Shown piece by piece: positions 13,900-57,412 of a DNA stretch of 64,000 nt. The first letter of the stretch is position 1, and each line of letters starts with the position of its first letter. The stretch is from assembly GCA_051294375.1 (NCBI GenBank), contig CM119267.1, forward strand, positions 17,712,937 through 17,776,936, in the 5' to 3' direction. Under the pieces are notes generated by a model. The model was not told the DNA's origin, did no database searches, and saw only the letters and a program-made list of their open reading frames with translations. The position numbers and the translations under genes were made by a program. The DNA comes from Paraspadella gotoi. Taxonomy: Eukaryota > Animalia > Chaetognatha.

Positions 13900-14180
13900 G
13901 TATTAAAATTAAGATATAGCTTCTCATTAAAAAGTTCCCATTTTTATTATAGATTTAAAAAAAAAATTTGAATTTCATCTTCAATATTATATACTGCAAT
14001 ATGTAAATTAGATTAAAGCATTTTTATATACTAATTTGGATACTATAATGAGTATCTCATTTGCATATTGCAGTAAATCATAATGAACTGGATATTCAAA
14101 CAAAAAATACTTAAATCGAAATGTAATAAGAAAATATCAGAGCTATTTTAAGATGAGAAGCCATATCTAAATTTTTAACT
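13900..14180. repeat. Degenerate fold-back (inverted-repeat) element
   Basis: Left arm agatatagcttctcat...tactgcaatatgtaaattagat is an imperfect reverse complement of right arm atctcatttgcatattgcagta...atgagaagccatatct. Confidence 0.55.
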
Positions 14181-14572
14181 TACTATGATCGCACACTTTT
14201 ATAAAACTTCATCGTAATTAATAATAATTTTTATTTAAAAAAAAACGGTATGTCCAGCCAAAACTATAAAAGGGTAGTAGTTTTTATACAAAAAAGCATG
14301 ACGCCGACGACGACGACGACGTCACAAAGAAGCTGACCCGAATCAATATCGAGCCTGAACCGGCTTCGCCGGTAGGCTCAATAAAAAAAAAACCGACCAC
14401 AATTGAAAACAACAACGACAAAAGAGAGTGGTTCAGGAATCAAGAGGGTGACGTCGATAAAGAGAAAACGACAACGAAACAGGACAAAGAGGTTTCCTTC
14501 GCCTTAGCAGAATCGCCATTGGTCGGAAATAACGTTTAAAACTTCTAAGGGTTATTAAAGCCAAAAATACTT

Positions 14573-14644
14573 TGCGTCAGCGGGGAATCGAACCCCGATC
14601 AACTGCTTGGAAGGCAACTATGCTAACCATTACACCACTGACGC
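14573..14644 (-). tRNA. trnG-TCC: tRNA-Gly (TCC), copy 1
   Basis: Reverse complement GCGTCAGTGGTGTAATGGTTAGCATAGTTGCCTTCCAAGCAGTTGATCGGGGTTCGATTCCCCGCTGACGCA folds as a 72-nt cloverleaf with anticodon TCC and A/B boxes. A T5 Pol III terminator lies just downstream. Confidence 0.97.
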
Positions 14645-14837
14645 TGACTGTCTTATTAATTGACTTTTGATAATTTCTATTTGTTCTACCCAATGGCCTC
14701 AGTGAAGTACACTAGGTGTAGTAACAGAAGTTTAACAAAATAAAATTATAAAATATACTAAAGAGTTTTTTTAGACCAAGCAAAATGGGGATTTTGTAAC
14801 ATTTAAAACTGCTACTATGGTTTTTGCATACAAAAAT

Positions 14838-14909
14838 TGCGTCAGCAGGGAATCGAACCCCAATCAACTGCTTGGAAGGCAACTATGCTAACCATTACAC
14901 CACTGACGC
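14838..14909 (-). tRNA. trnG-TCC: tRNA-Gly (TCC), copy 2 (two G-U pairs in T-stem)
   Basis: Same sequence as copy 1 except the T-stem reads TGGGG/CCCTG. Followed by a T5 terminator. Confidence 0.92.
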
Positions 14910-15102
14910 TGGCTGTCTTTTTTAATGACTTTTGATAATTTCTATTTGTTCTACCCAATGGTCTCAGTGAAGTATACTAGGTGTAATAATAGTAGTTTAA
15001 CAAAATAAAATTATAAAATATACTAAAGAGTTTTTTTAGACCAAGCAAAATGGGGATTTTGTAACATTTAAAACTGCTACTATGGTTTTTGCATAAAATA
15101 AT

Positions 15103-15174
15103 TGCGTCAGCAGGGAATCGAACCCCGATCAACTGCTTGGAAGGCAACTATGCTAACCATTACACCACTGACGC
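15103..15174 (-). tRNA. trnG-TCC: tRNA-Gly (TCC), copy 3 (one G-U pair in T-stem)
   Basis: Same sequence as copy 1 except the T-stem reads CGGGG/CCCTG. T4 run downstream. Confidence 0.94.
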
Positions 15175-15305
15175 TGAGCGTTGTAAAAATTATCATCACC
15201 ATCACCATCATTTCCCCAGAAGATCGTCATCGACGCTACCATAATCACCGCAGCCTCGTCTTTCTAACGATCAACGGACCGATGGTTTCCCCAGCATTCG
15301 AGTCT

Positions 15306-15432
<127 letters not shown>

Positions 15433-17037
15433 AATACTTTTAAAGCTTTGGGTCCGCCTCCATGTCCATTCATCTGATAGTCTGTTTAAGGATCTTTGTG
15501 ACACACAAAAGCAGTTTGGTACCAAAATAACGAGAGAGTTAGCTTCGAAACCAAAATATGTATGAAGTAATAAAGATATAACAATAAAGAGTAAAAGTAA
15601 TCTTGCAATTTTTTATATATATTTCAGGTTTATGTAGATAATAAAAAGAGAGTTAATGAAAAATATAAAATTGAATATTAAATCCATATCCATAGAAAAT
15701 TGATTAATGCCCGTCACAGCTTACAATATGAAACGCTAGGGTGGTTCTAATATTCCTTAATATTAAAGAGATCGACGAACGACCTTGACTCATTTTTTTT
15801 TCTTATTTTTATTTTTTTTCTCTCCAAGATTCCGCAAATAGAACATTTTTTTCCATTACGGTCTAAATCTTTCTTTTTCTTTCTTTATTTTCTTCGAGGG
15901 GAGTAGGGAGGGAAGTCAGGTGGTAAGATTAGCATCGTTTCGCGGAGACAAAACGGGAACCTACATTTTCGTGATCGCGTTTTGAAAAGAAGGTTTCGTC
16001 TTTTCTACATATTCGTCAAAATGTGATTTTTCTTCATCGACATTAGTGAGAAAATATACATTATTTTATACTACTATTGTGCCATTCGTGACGTTTTCGT
16101 TATCGTTTAACGACTGCTTTATTTTATTAACTTATTTTTAATGTTACGTAGCTTCCAACTTAACGTTTTAGGCTGTGCACATTCGGTGGCTGTTTTACAC
16201 TTTGTACCATATTACTGCAATTCGTGATAATTTAGTCTATTTTTAGTAGTCTTCGTCGTCCTCAAAAAAAGGGGAAGACTTCGTTTCTTATCGAATTCCG
16301 TCCAAAAATATATCTACCGTCTAGGAAAAAAAATACATACAAAAAGTAGTTGTACTCTATTTTAGGTTGATTGCCTTAAACTTTATTTTTTCTTTACAAT
16401 GTACATTTTCAATTACGTGGCCCTATATTCTTACTCAAACGAACGAAATAAAAGCGAATTAAATTTCTCATGCAATTTTTTTTTCTTTTCGTATTCACAG
16501 AGATCGCGTTCGCATGTTGAGGAAGATAAAACGAAAATTCAATCTCTCGTGATTTCCTTTGGTTAAAAATTTTTCATAAAAAGATTCGGGGGTTTTTTAT
16601 CCCGAGAAGTAAAGCGAGACGAAAAAGAGATGAGACATGCAATTTCCGTTATATTCGAAAACCGTGGGGTTTTTTTGGGGAGAGAAGGATGATGCACTTA
16701 TCATAAGTATATATAAGTATCTCAGTCACAAAAGGAAGTTTCAGTAGATTATAACTTTATATATAGCGCGGTTAATTGACTATACTCTCTTGGTCTCTCT
16801 TCTCATATCCTAAAATTATTGAGCTCTCTCTCTCTGTTTCTCTCTCTCTCTCCCTCTCTCTCCCTCTCTCTTTCTCTCTCTCTGTCAAGGTAAATGAAAA
16901 GAAGAAACTTTTACCGTTAATTAATCCATGAGCTCGCATCTAAATGAGTCCCCAACAAATTGAATCGACGAAATCTCCAAATTCCTACGGACGACGTAAT
17001 CAAGTTGAGAGGGGAATTGCTTCTTGGCTTTTCTCCA

Positions 17038-17104
<67 letters not shown>

Positions 17105-17395
17105 CAGAGTGAGAGAGAGAGATTTAGGTCAAGACAAGACATAACTTCGTTAAGGGGACTTAACATCGATTTTGTTTCTTTTTTTTCGTGAGCTAGTTTT
17201 GTGGACTTCGAAGATGTTCGTCGCAATGATTACGTATCTTAATAACTCAATAAAATAAAAGGAAAAAATAGACCCCTTTAAAAGATTAAAAGCACAATGC
17301 TTCATCATTAAAACGGTCAAAAATGTTTCGAGCTTAAACGGATAAACGGTTCACTTTTTCACTTTAATTTCAAAAACAAAATATTAACAAACAAT

Positions 17396-48114
<30,719 letters not shown>

Positions 48115-48383
48115 TGGAATTTTATTGATTTTATGTCTTTTAGAAATTTTTGTCTGTCACAAAAGATTGTTCCATCTTTCTCAAACTTTCTCAAATGTAC
48201 TTCAAACCCGATTAAATGCATTCAAGTTTCCAAAAAAAATTTTCTCTCCCGTTGCTAAGAGACGCCATCAACATTTTTCCCTTCTCCCCGAATAACCCTT
48301 TTAAATTGTAACCTTTGTTCGGCCATTTCCCCTTTCTCCCTTCTCAGGGGGAAAAAGAAGAGCTCCAACTCTCCCCCAATCTC

Positions 48384-48416
<33 letters not shown>

Positions 48417-49239
48417 TTCTCTCTTTCTCTCTCGGGAAAAACCGTTTTCCCTTCTGAAATTTTAAGCAAAAAAAAATTTCAAATTTAGAAAAGTAAAGAG
48501 AAAAAAATGCCTCTTTTAATAAAGGAAAAGAAAACGATTTTACGCTTTTTTTCTCTCGTTTTTTTGGGCCGATCGTTAAACGACTCGGTCCGTGAATTGA
48601 GTGAGAAAAAAAAGTTAGAAAAGTGAGAGTTTAAATAGAATATGAGAGAAGAAGCATTTTCAGTGCAGATTCTTATTTCATAATAATAGCGTTTACGTAA
48701 GAATTTCAGTAAATTTTTTTAACTGTAGCTTTCTGTTTATACTTGTAATACTTGTAATTAATTGTATGTACTTGTTATTTTCGTGGCCAATTTAGCAAAC
48801 TTTATTACGAAATAGCATTATAATTCACATGGCAAAAATTAATAAATTAAATACCGTTAAGCGACGTTAGTGGACGAGCGTTAAATACAAATTTACAGCA
48901 AGACAGAACCAATGATTTTTGAATCACAATAATGGAAAGGTTACTGAAAACTGGAATTAAATTACAATCTCCTGTGTAAAAATAATACACCTTTCGAAGT
49001 TCCCCATCAATGTCGTTATGTTTAAAAAAAAAAGGGGATATTGCCTATGCGAGGCAGATGTTTGTAATGTTAAGGATGAAAATGTTCAAGTCCAACACAA
49101 TTTTCTATCAGGCGCAGACAACAACAAGAACACTAATAACATAGTAATTATTATTGTCAAAATATGTAAGTTTGAGTCCAAATTTCACGAAAACAAACCG
49201 AACGTCAAACGGTTAATCCCCTTTTTCGCCACTCTCCCT

Positions 49240-51555
49240 TCGCCGATCCGCTCTACTTCGCCACTCCTCCATTCCGCCACTCCCGGTTTCCGCCACGCCC
49301 CCGCCAACGCCCACTTTTCCTCCTCTTCCTCTCCTCGTTGTCGGCCAAGGCGCCGATCGCCGCCGGCAGAGGTCTCCGCTCGGCTTCGAGTCGCGTCGTT
49401 TTCTCTCACGCCCGACGCATTCTGTCAGAGTAGATTTGAGGCAGTTCGAACGGAAGCGGTACCGCCTCGGGTTCATGGGCGACGGGAGGGGCTGCGGGAG
49501 GGGCTACCGAAGGGGCGGCGGGAAATGCGGCGGGCGAGGTTGTCGATGAAGCGGTTCGGTGTTCCATCGTGTCCATGTAATCAAACCGGGGTTCCGGGGG
49601 GGAGTCCGTCTCTTCGGGAATGTCAAACGTCGAGCCCCAACCCCTTCGAGGGTGGCCCGAATAGCCCACAAGGCCCACGGAGTCGATGGCGGAGCCTTCG
49701 GGAGCGGCGACAGATCGGCGCCACTGAAGGTTCGAAGATTTTCGACTGAGTCGCGGTTTGGGGATCGGGTCTTGGAGGCTCTCCGCGGGACGGCCGATTC
49801 GAGACAAGACGTCTCGAGCGTCGGCGAAGGGAGGACGACCGACTCGGCAGAAGTAGGCGAGGATTGAACCGAGGGAAAGACGTCGGAGGAGGGAGAGTGG
49901 GAGGAAAGGGAGAAGGAGGAGGAGATTACTTGAAGGAGGAGGAGGGAGGTGGAGCGGGGGTGGTGGTGAGATTAAAAATTTCGAGGGGAGGAAGGAGGAA
50001 AGGGAAAAGCGAAAAAGAGATAGGGAAAAGCTGAGCAAAAAATGTAGGGAAGAGAAGAGAGAAAGTAAAGTAAAGGTAAAAGTACCTAAAGGTGGATAAA
50101 TAATGTAAACATGAAAAAAAATAGATTAGAAATGTGAAATAAGAAAGAGAAGAAAAGGAGGAACAAAAGTAAGTACAATTCGCTTTTAACATAAAATTAA
50201 TTAGAATTAAGAAATTAATCCGGTTTTCCGAAACCGAAATATTGCGTCGGATTTTTAACAATCAACTGCTTCTCTCCGACGAAAACAACGGAAAAAGATT
50301 ACAGTAATTAAATTTTTTCCTTTTTTTCCCTTAAAATTATTTTGTAAAGAAAAAAAGGCAACGAATTAAAGTTTTTTTATAAAAATATAAAAGTAAAGTT
50401 TTTGTTTGTGTTTTTTTATTTTTTTTATTTTTGCATTTCCACGATTTTATAACTAGTCACTCACTTCAGGCGCGATGTAGCCTCCGTCTTGAGCCTTTTT
50501 TTCTGCGTAATGTCGTTCCAACGAATCACCGTCCAAAAACTTGGTTAAACCGAAGTTAGCGACTTTCCACAGAATATCGTTGCGTTTCTGAAAGCATTTC
50601 ATCAAATCAAAAGTTGAAATTCAATTGGCTAATTAGTAACTTGCGACCAAAACCCCGATATGCTACAACCTGCACCGCCATGACGTTGTCGGGCTTGAGT
50701 CGCCGGTGCAGAACGCCCAGGCCGTGCAAATGCCCCAGGCCGGCGGCGATGTGTTTCGCCAGGCGCCACGCCCGCCACTCTCGCCCGTCGGTCCATTGCC
50801 AAACGGAGTGGTTGTCCTGGAAACCAAGATTTTAAAATGAAAAACCGCAATTTCTTTTTTTTTTTTTTAGTCACGTTCCACAAAATTGTAATTCCGCAGC
50901 CACCTTGAATGCCTCCAAGTATTGCGCCAGAGTTTGCGCGTCGGAAAAATCGGTGAACACGTATATCTTCTCCTGGAGTAATTTCTCTGTCGGGATTGAG
51001 TTTTTAAGGAAATCGTTACTGGTTGATTTTTGAAAATTGAAAATTGTTTTTGTGACCTATAATTTTGTGAAGAGTTTGCCTTACCTTTAAATCCCGCGTA
51101 GCGCACGACGTTTTTATGATCGGGGCGTTTGAGTTTCGAGAAATGTTTCGGCACCGAATTCCATTCCACTTTCTGTCAGGTTGGAAAATTTATTTAAAAA
51201 TTAAAAAAATAATAGGATAATTTCGATCTTTTGATTTTTAAAGAAAATTAGAGTTTGACTCGTGGCATTGTTTATTGATGGTGACTTATTTCAAAACTTC
51301 CCGCCCATCTTCATTAAAACGCTACGGCAGTTCCAGTTCATTTTTGAATCGAGCACCGTCGGAAAAACCAAAAACTTGGAAGTTTAACCTTTCTTCCCAC
51401 CAACATTCTCCAACGCCCTCTCTCACCGCGAAGTCGACCTCGATTTCCTGCATGAGCTGCAGTTTTTTCTTCTTCTTGACCTTGAAGACTTTGCCGAAGT
51501 CGCCTTCGCCGAGATGCAGCAGAATCTCAGTGTGGCGACACCCTTTTTCTTCCAT
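49240..51555 (-). CDS. Protein kinase-fold gene A, predicted pseudokinase, 6 exons
   Basis: Exons: 51555-51427 (LGEGDFGKVFKV...LQLMQEIEV); 51172-51085 (DHKNVVRYAGF); 50986-~50875 (KIYVFTDFSDAQTLAQYL); 50816-50670 (KHIAAGLGHLHGLGVLHRRLKPDNVM); 50587-50465 (WKVANFGLTKF...GGYIAPE); ~49930-49240 (SDVF/SLGSILAYFCRVGRPPF plus a Pro-rich tail, with indels). The 3' end is approximate. Confidence 0.82.
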
Positions 51556-52189
51556 ACTCCTTGCAGAACAGTTTGAGATTCAGTCGTTGGCGTTGGGACT
51601 CCAAAACCCTTACGCGACTTAAACAAAGGGGCCGCTGTCGCGGAATCTGCCGCTTCGAAAGCGGCTGAAGCTGCGGCGGCGGCCGGGCTCAATTTGAAGC
51701 GCGAAGAAAAATAAAAGCGTTTTGATACAATTGTGAGTTAAAAATTATTTACGCCGCAAAACGAGTCATTGAAGGAAGCGGCGAAGAGGATCGTTTGTCA
51801 AAAGAAAAAGCGAAAAGTCGTATTCGTCGATCTCTTTGTCACTTATTTTCGATTCATTTTCGATGCCTGGATTTGAAATATTTGGGGAAAAAAATAACCG
51901 GTTTTGTCATTTGTAATCACTATTAGTTTAAATCTAATCAAATGGCAATTAAAATAGCGAACGCATAGTGATGAATATACAAGAGGAATCCATGAAAAGT
52001 ATTCAAAATTGTAAGTAAATAAAATTATAATCATATTATTATAGTTATATATAAATGGCGAAGAAAAGAAGCCACGTCGTAAAAATCAGGGTCGACTTTA
52101 AATTCTATCGTCGAGTCGTCTTCGCACGCCCAGTGGCTTAGCTAATGTTCTTAGCTACTGAGTTATTAATGTTTCTATTTGTAAATTTG

Positions 52190-52409
52190 TAGACATTGTG
52201 ATTAAACTTTCTTTCGTTGTGTTTTAGATAATTGAAATTAAAGACAAACTCTTGATACAGCAACGATTTTATTTTATTGTACAGACAAGTTTCGGCATTC
52301 ATTCAAGCCTTCATCAGTGCTGATGAAGGCTTGAATGAAAGCCGAAACTTGTCTGTACAATAAAATAAAATCGTTGCTGTATCAAGATTTTGTCTTTAAT
52401 TTCAATTAT
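52190..52409 (-). mobile_element. Second Penelope-like fold-back element with hammerhead cores
   Basis: 90-bp near-perfect inverted arms (52228-52317 / 52320-52409). The core CTGATGA-aggc...gcc-GAAA-ctt-GTC reads on both strands. A minus-strand tail aaaacacaacgaa lies at ~52213-52225. The sequence tatttgtaaatt is repeated on both flanks (~52177, ~52407). Confidence 0.72.
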
Positions 52410-53195
52410 TTGTAAATTAAAATTTACTGTAAAGTGAATCGATGATATACAACATTTTATCGTTTTTAAATTTTCTTGTCAGAAATTTCTAAAACAAAAA
52501 TGTATTAAAAATTTTTTTTTCTCTAATAATAAGTGATTCGCTTGCGCCGTCTTCGAAAAACCGGATACAAAAACTTGTTTTACGGTTCGATGACATTTCA
52601 AACATCCGAACAGAGGGCGAATGAGTCGACAAGGCGTAATTTTATTGTAATGTAGCGTTCGATTGTATTGTAAACAAAGCTCTACCAAGTCGAAATAATC
52701 GGTTTTCGTCAGTTATCTAAAGCAAAGTGAGAAAGAAAAAAAATTGTGAGCGATGACATCTAAATTTATAATGAAAACTAAAACAAATTTTAAAGACGTC
52801 AATTAATATGGGCAAATTTGGCGTAGGAGATAAAGTTAAAGAAAGGGAAATTCGATCGATTAGAGCTGTTTTGAAAAAAAAAAAAATTATGGTTGTAAAG
52901 TTTTCGAGGCACTTTTTTCATAATGACTTAAACCATCACGAAAATAAGAGTAAATCAGGACACGCGCAGCGCTAAGCTCTTTCCAGGCCAAACCAATGTC
53001 GCTATTTCTCCTCCTTATCTCATCATCAATGAATCGAAAATTCTAAGAAAAAATGACTCGGATCGACTGAACGAAATCCAGTTTTCGATCCACGCGATGA
53101 AGAAAAAGTGAGAAAGATGAAAACTTTGGTCCTTTTACTACTTCGTCAACCGTTTTTTGTCGCGAGCGGAAGCGCGTTGCGCGTACGCTTTCAAG

Positions 53196-53232
<37 letters not shown>

Positions 53233-53978
53233 TAACGAGGGAGAGAACGCTTCACGGTCTTCAAATTTATTATTTAATCCACCGTGGCGATAATCAAAGT
53301 CCTATAGTACTAGGTGAACATTTTATGAAACCGGTATTTAAAAGGAAAGTGTTTCGTTGGTGGCCTGATCGTTTTGTCTCTCCTAAGGTCGTAATTCTCA
53401 TCCATCAAATACCCGCGGAGTGAAGAAAGGAAAGTTGGTGAATGTTGTTGAAAGTTGACCTTGACCTTTTATATCATTATGTCGAGATACATTAGAGTAT
53501 ATTTACCCCATAAAAATGAATTTATCAACCTTAATTTCATCGTATGAAGAAATGCAAAGAAAACAAAAAATAAAATAGATAAATTTGGTGGTAATTTATT
53601 TTTCTATAAGAGCCCCAGTCCTATACAGTTTTTTAAAAAAAGTAGCCAAGCGATAATAATGTCCTACTTTTTCCTAAATATTCATTACATGCAGTTAAGT
53701 ATTATCGAAGAAGAAGTAGATTTTATCATAGTAATCATGTGCGACATGAATTAATTTCTCCTTTAATTTTCCATGGTATTTATTGTGTCTCTGTTTTAAA
53801 AGAAAACGAAATAGATAACGTTCCAAAATACCGTCCCCACTTATTTATCAACGCAACCTAAGGCTAAAGTAAACAAATCAAAACACATCCTTTTGTAGTT
53901 ATCGTCCATTCACACAAATGAATATATATATATTTTTTTAAGTCTAATCCACCTGAGACCGAAAAAATTAAGTAAATT

Positions 53979-55518
53979 TAAAACTCTGCCCCCCCGCATA
54001 AGCCTGGCTCTCCTTCAATCCACGACAGGCTTGGGTCTTTCCTCGGCTTCAGACTCAAAAAGCTTTCGACCAACTTCTTCATCTTGTGAGAGTAAACGGA
54101 GGGCATCTCCAAACCCGTGGCCCGCCATCGTCGAACGTCGCCGGGGTCTAGAAAAGAAAGAAGTCATTCGAAGGATTAATAAATCATTTCTTAATTTAAT
54201 TTTCACAGTTAAATTTGTCATTTTTAGTATTTTAAGGTTCCGTCGACGGAAGTCAGTTGTTTAGCGTTATCTAAAAAGTTTAATATTTTCCTTTTAGCGG
54301 TCGTCGTTTACTTTCAATAACGGTACTGTACTTTTAATTTTATCTTCGTTGAAATTTTTTTATTTTTTTCTGAAAAAAGAGACAATTTGACAATTAGACA
54401 ATTTGACATTTTGAGCGAAGAAGGAATTTTCGATTATATTAAAAATGTAATATCCCACATGCTCGTGTCGTTGCTTTCGTTCAATCACCTGAAAAGCCGG
54501 GATGGCGGCGTCGCAGAAATAAGCGACGACGGCGCCGAAAGAGAACATGTCCGCCTCGGGACGGAAAGACGTCAACTCCTCGTCGCCCATCTCGTGCGCC
54601 TTCAAGATTTCCGGCGCGGCGAAACTGGGCGAGGCTCCGACGACGCGTCCGGCCCAGACGCGTCGATCCTCGGGCGTCATCAGGAGATCGAGAGAAAACT
54701 CAGTCAATTTCCAACTGAAATTAAACAAATGTTTGTATCGTTGAATGTTCTCTCGTTCCGTATTTTTATTTATTTATTTTTTTTTTTTTTTTGTTCTTTT
54801 TTCTTCGAAGTTTTCTTGTTAAAGAGAAAAAGACAAATTGAAATAAAAGACAAGATAAGAGTAATTAATTGTCTGAAAGCTGAATACTAATGACAGGAGC
54901 AAGAAAATTTTTTCCACGATTAATTGCCAAATTCTGAAACCTGATCAGAAATCTATCGAAGGCGGAAGTTATAATTTCAACGGTATTTAATTAAATCCGC
55001 CCCTTTACTCTTCCAGCTAATATTGGCTATTATTGTTACTATTTATAACCAATCGTCACCTCCTGCCCTCCTGGACTGGTTATTTTGACCCTTTTTCAGT
55101 GATAACCCACCAGACATCATTTCATCTCTACACCGTACCTCAACCTCGCTCCCTGACCGCAGGCCAACACGTTCGTCGGTTTCACATCCTTGTGGACGAA
55201 GCCTCGCGAGTGGAGGTAGTTCAGCCCGCCGGCGATGTGACGGATGAGCGTTCCCACGTTAATCGGCGACCCCGGACCCTCCCACCACTCGGCCCGTTTG
55301 AACTGAAAGGCTTCGACGAAGGACTTGAGCGTCCCGAGCTCCGCGAACTCGGTGATCACGTGGAGTTCGTTGGCGAAGGTGTCGCGGTACACTTCCTGCG
55401 CGGGTTTTAAAGTGGGGGCGGTGGGGGAGTGGAAAACAGAGAGAGGGAAGAGTGATTAGGTGACGTGATTTAGAGTGGCTTCGTTTTGACGAAGAAACGA
55501 TCTAGGAAAGGTTTGGAA

Positions 55519-55550
<32 letters not shown>

Positions 55551-56036
55551 TTTCGCCTGAACTAATTAGTAATTGAGCTTCCAAAAAGGAACTCAAGAAA
55601 AAAAAAACATACGTTGACGTAAGCAAAGAAACGACGTACGATGCAAATCTTCCAATCCTGTTTCTATTTTCAAATATTTCTTATTTCTTACCTCTCTCAC
55701 TTCTCCAGAATTCTCCTCTCTTTTTTTACCACTGCCTTCTCCCTTTATATCCTCTTCTCTTTTTCTCTCTTTTTCTCTCCCTTCACTACCCCTTTCTCCC
55801 CTCTCTCCCCCCCACCTTTCGCTCACCTCAACCCCCACGAGGCGCTCGTTCTTCGGCGTCATCAGCTTCTTGGCTTCCCCCAGCGCCGCCTCGTGGAATC
55901 GAAGCGTGCGGAGGACAAAGTGGCGCCCCTCGTGGGAGACTTTGAAAACGACGCCGTAGACGCCCTCGCCGAGCGTTTCCTCGATGGAGTACTTGAGACG
56001 AGGGTTTTCCTCGGTAGGCGTGGCCGCGGGTTCCAT
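53979..56036 (-). CDS. Protein kinase-fold gene B, predicted pseudokinase or atypical kinase, 4 exons
   Basis: Exons: 56036-55827 (YSIEETLGEGVYGVVFKV...FVLRTL); 55395-55139 (LHVITEFAELGTL...HIAGGLNYLHSRGFVHKDVKPTNVL); 54714-54489 (WKLTEFSL...FAAPE...ADMFSFGAVVAYFC); 54147-~53979 (PSVYSHKMKKLVESFLSLKP../EERP, with indels). Confidence 0.85.
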
Positions 56037-56329
56037 CCCTTTGGTTTTCGATGAAGGTCGTTGTTGTTGTTGATGGTGCGAGTTATTTTTTTTTTAAGAT
56101 TTTTGTTTTTTTGTTTTAATTTGGATAATTCTATTTTTATCGAAATCAATAGCTTTAAGTTTAAAAAAAAAAAAATCAAAGACCGACAAAAAATCTGCAC
56201 TGAGACGTTTTAGTTTTGGATGAATGGAAAGAAAATTAAAAGTTAAACTTGAAGAATCGATTGGTCGGAAAATAACAGGTAATAACGTAGTTGATCCGGT
56301 TTTTTGTATGGTTTTTTTTTCGTCAAGAC

Positions 56330-56394
<65 letters not shown>

Positions 56395-57316
56395 CAGAGA
56401 GACAGAGAGACAGAGAGACAGAGAGATAGGTTGAAAAAGAGACAAGAAAAATTCGTAAAATTCTGGGGATAAAAATCGTAATTTTTCAAGTACTTGGGGG
56501 GAATAATTAGGACTTGAAATTTTTATTCTCTAGTATTGCAGGATATTTTTTTCTTTTGTAGCCTCACTTTTGTATTCCTCGGCTATTTTATAATTCACCG
56601 TCTAGGAGAGTAGCTCGCTTAAAGAAGTTTAAATTGTATTACATGCCAAATATGGGTTGAATGGCTCTATAAACAATTGTACTGAATACGAGTCTGCATG
56701 TTAATCTTTTTTTTGTCTAGATCTTGGTATTATTATGACATATTGTTTGGAGAAATACTTAACATCATCCTCACTCCACAATTTACATATTTTTTTTATT
56801 CATTTCATTGTCCTCTTTAAAATTTATTTTTTTCTAAATCTTTTCTCAAACATTGATTACTGATCTCTCTTCTTCTTTCATTCCTTTTCTCTTTCCAATC
56901 TCCCTTTCTCACTCCACCTCGCTCTCTCTTTCCCCCACCTACCCCCACCGCCGTTCGGCGCCAACTCACTCCGTCTGTTGTGAGAAATCTCGGAACTTTA
57001 ATCAAGGCGTCGGTGATTATTTTCCCGGTGACACTTTCGCGTCCTCTGCCGGCTTTCTTTCTTTTCTTTTTTTTAATTTGGTCGTCTCCCTTTTTTTTCT
57101 TTTGAACTATTTATATAGAATTTTGAATACGGGGGTCAATAACTCTCTGATTATTCCTGTCCTTCAAAAAATTATTCCAAAAGGAAAAAGTTATATTTGG
57201 AAGATTCCGCCTCATGAAAGGCGTTTATGAATTTATGGAGAAAGTCGCGCGCTGAGGTCTACGGCCGCACCTGTGAATCATTGAACGCATCTGAACTCCC
57301 TTAGACCGCTGGTCGG

Positions 57317-57412
<96 letters not shown>

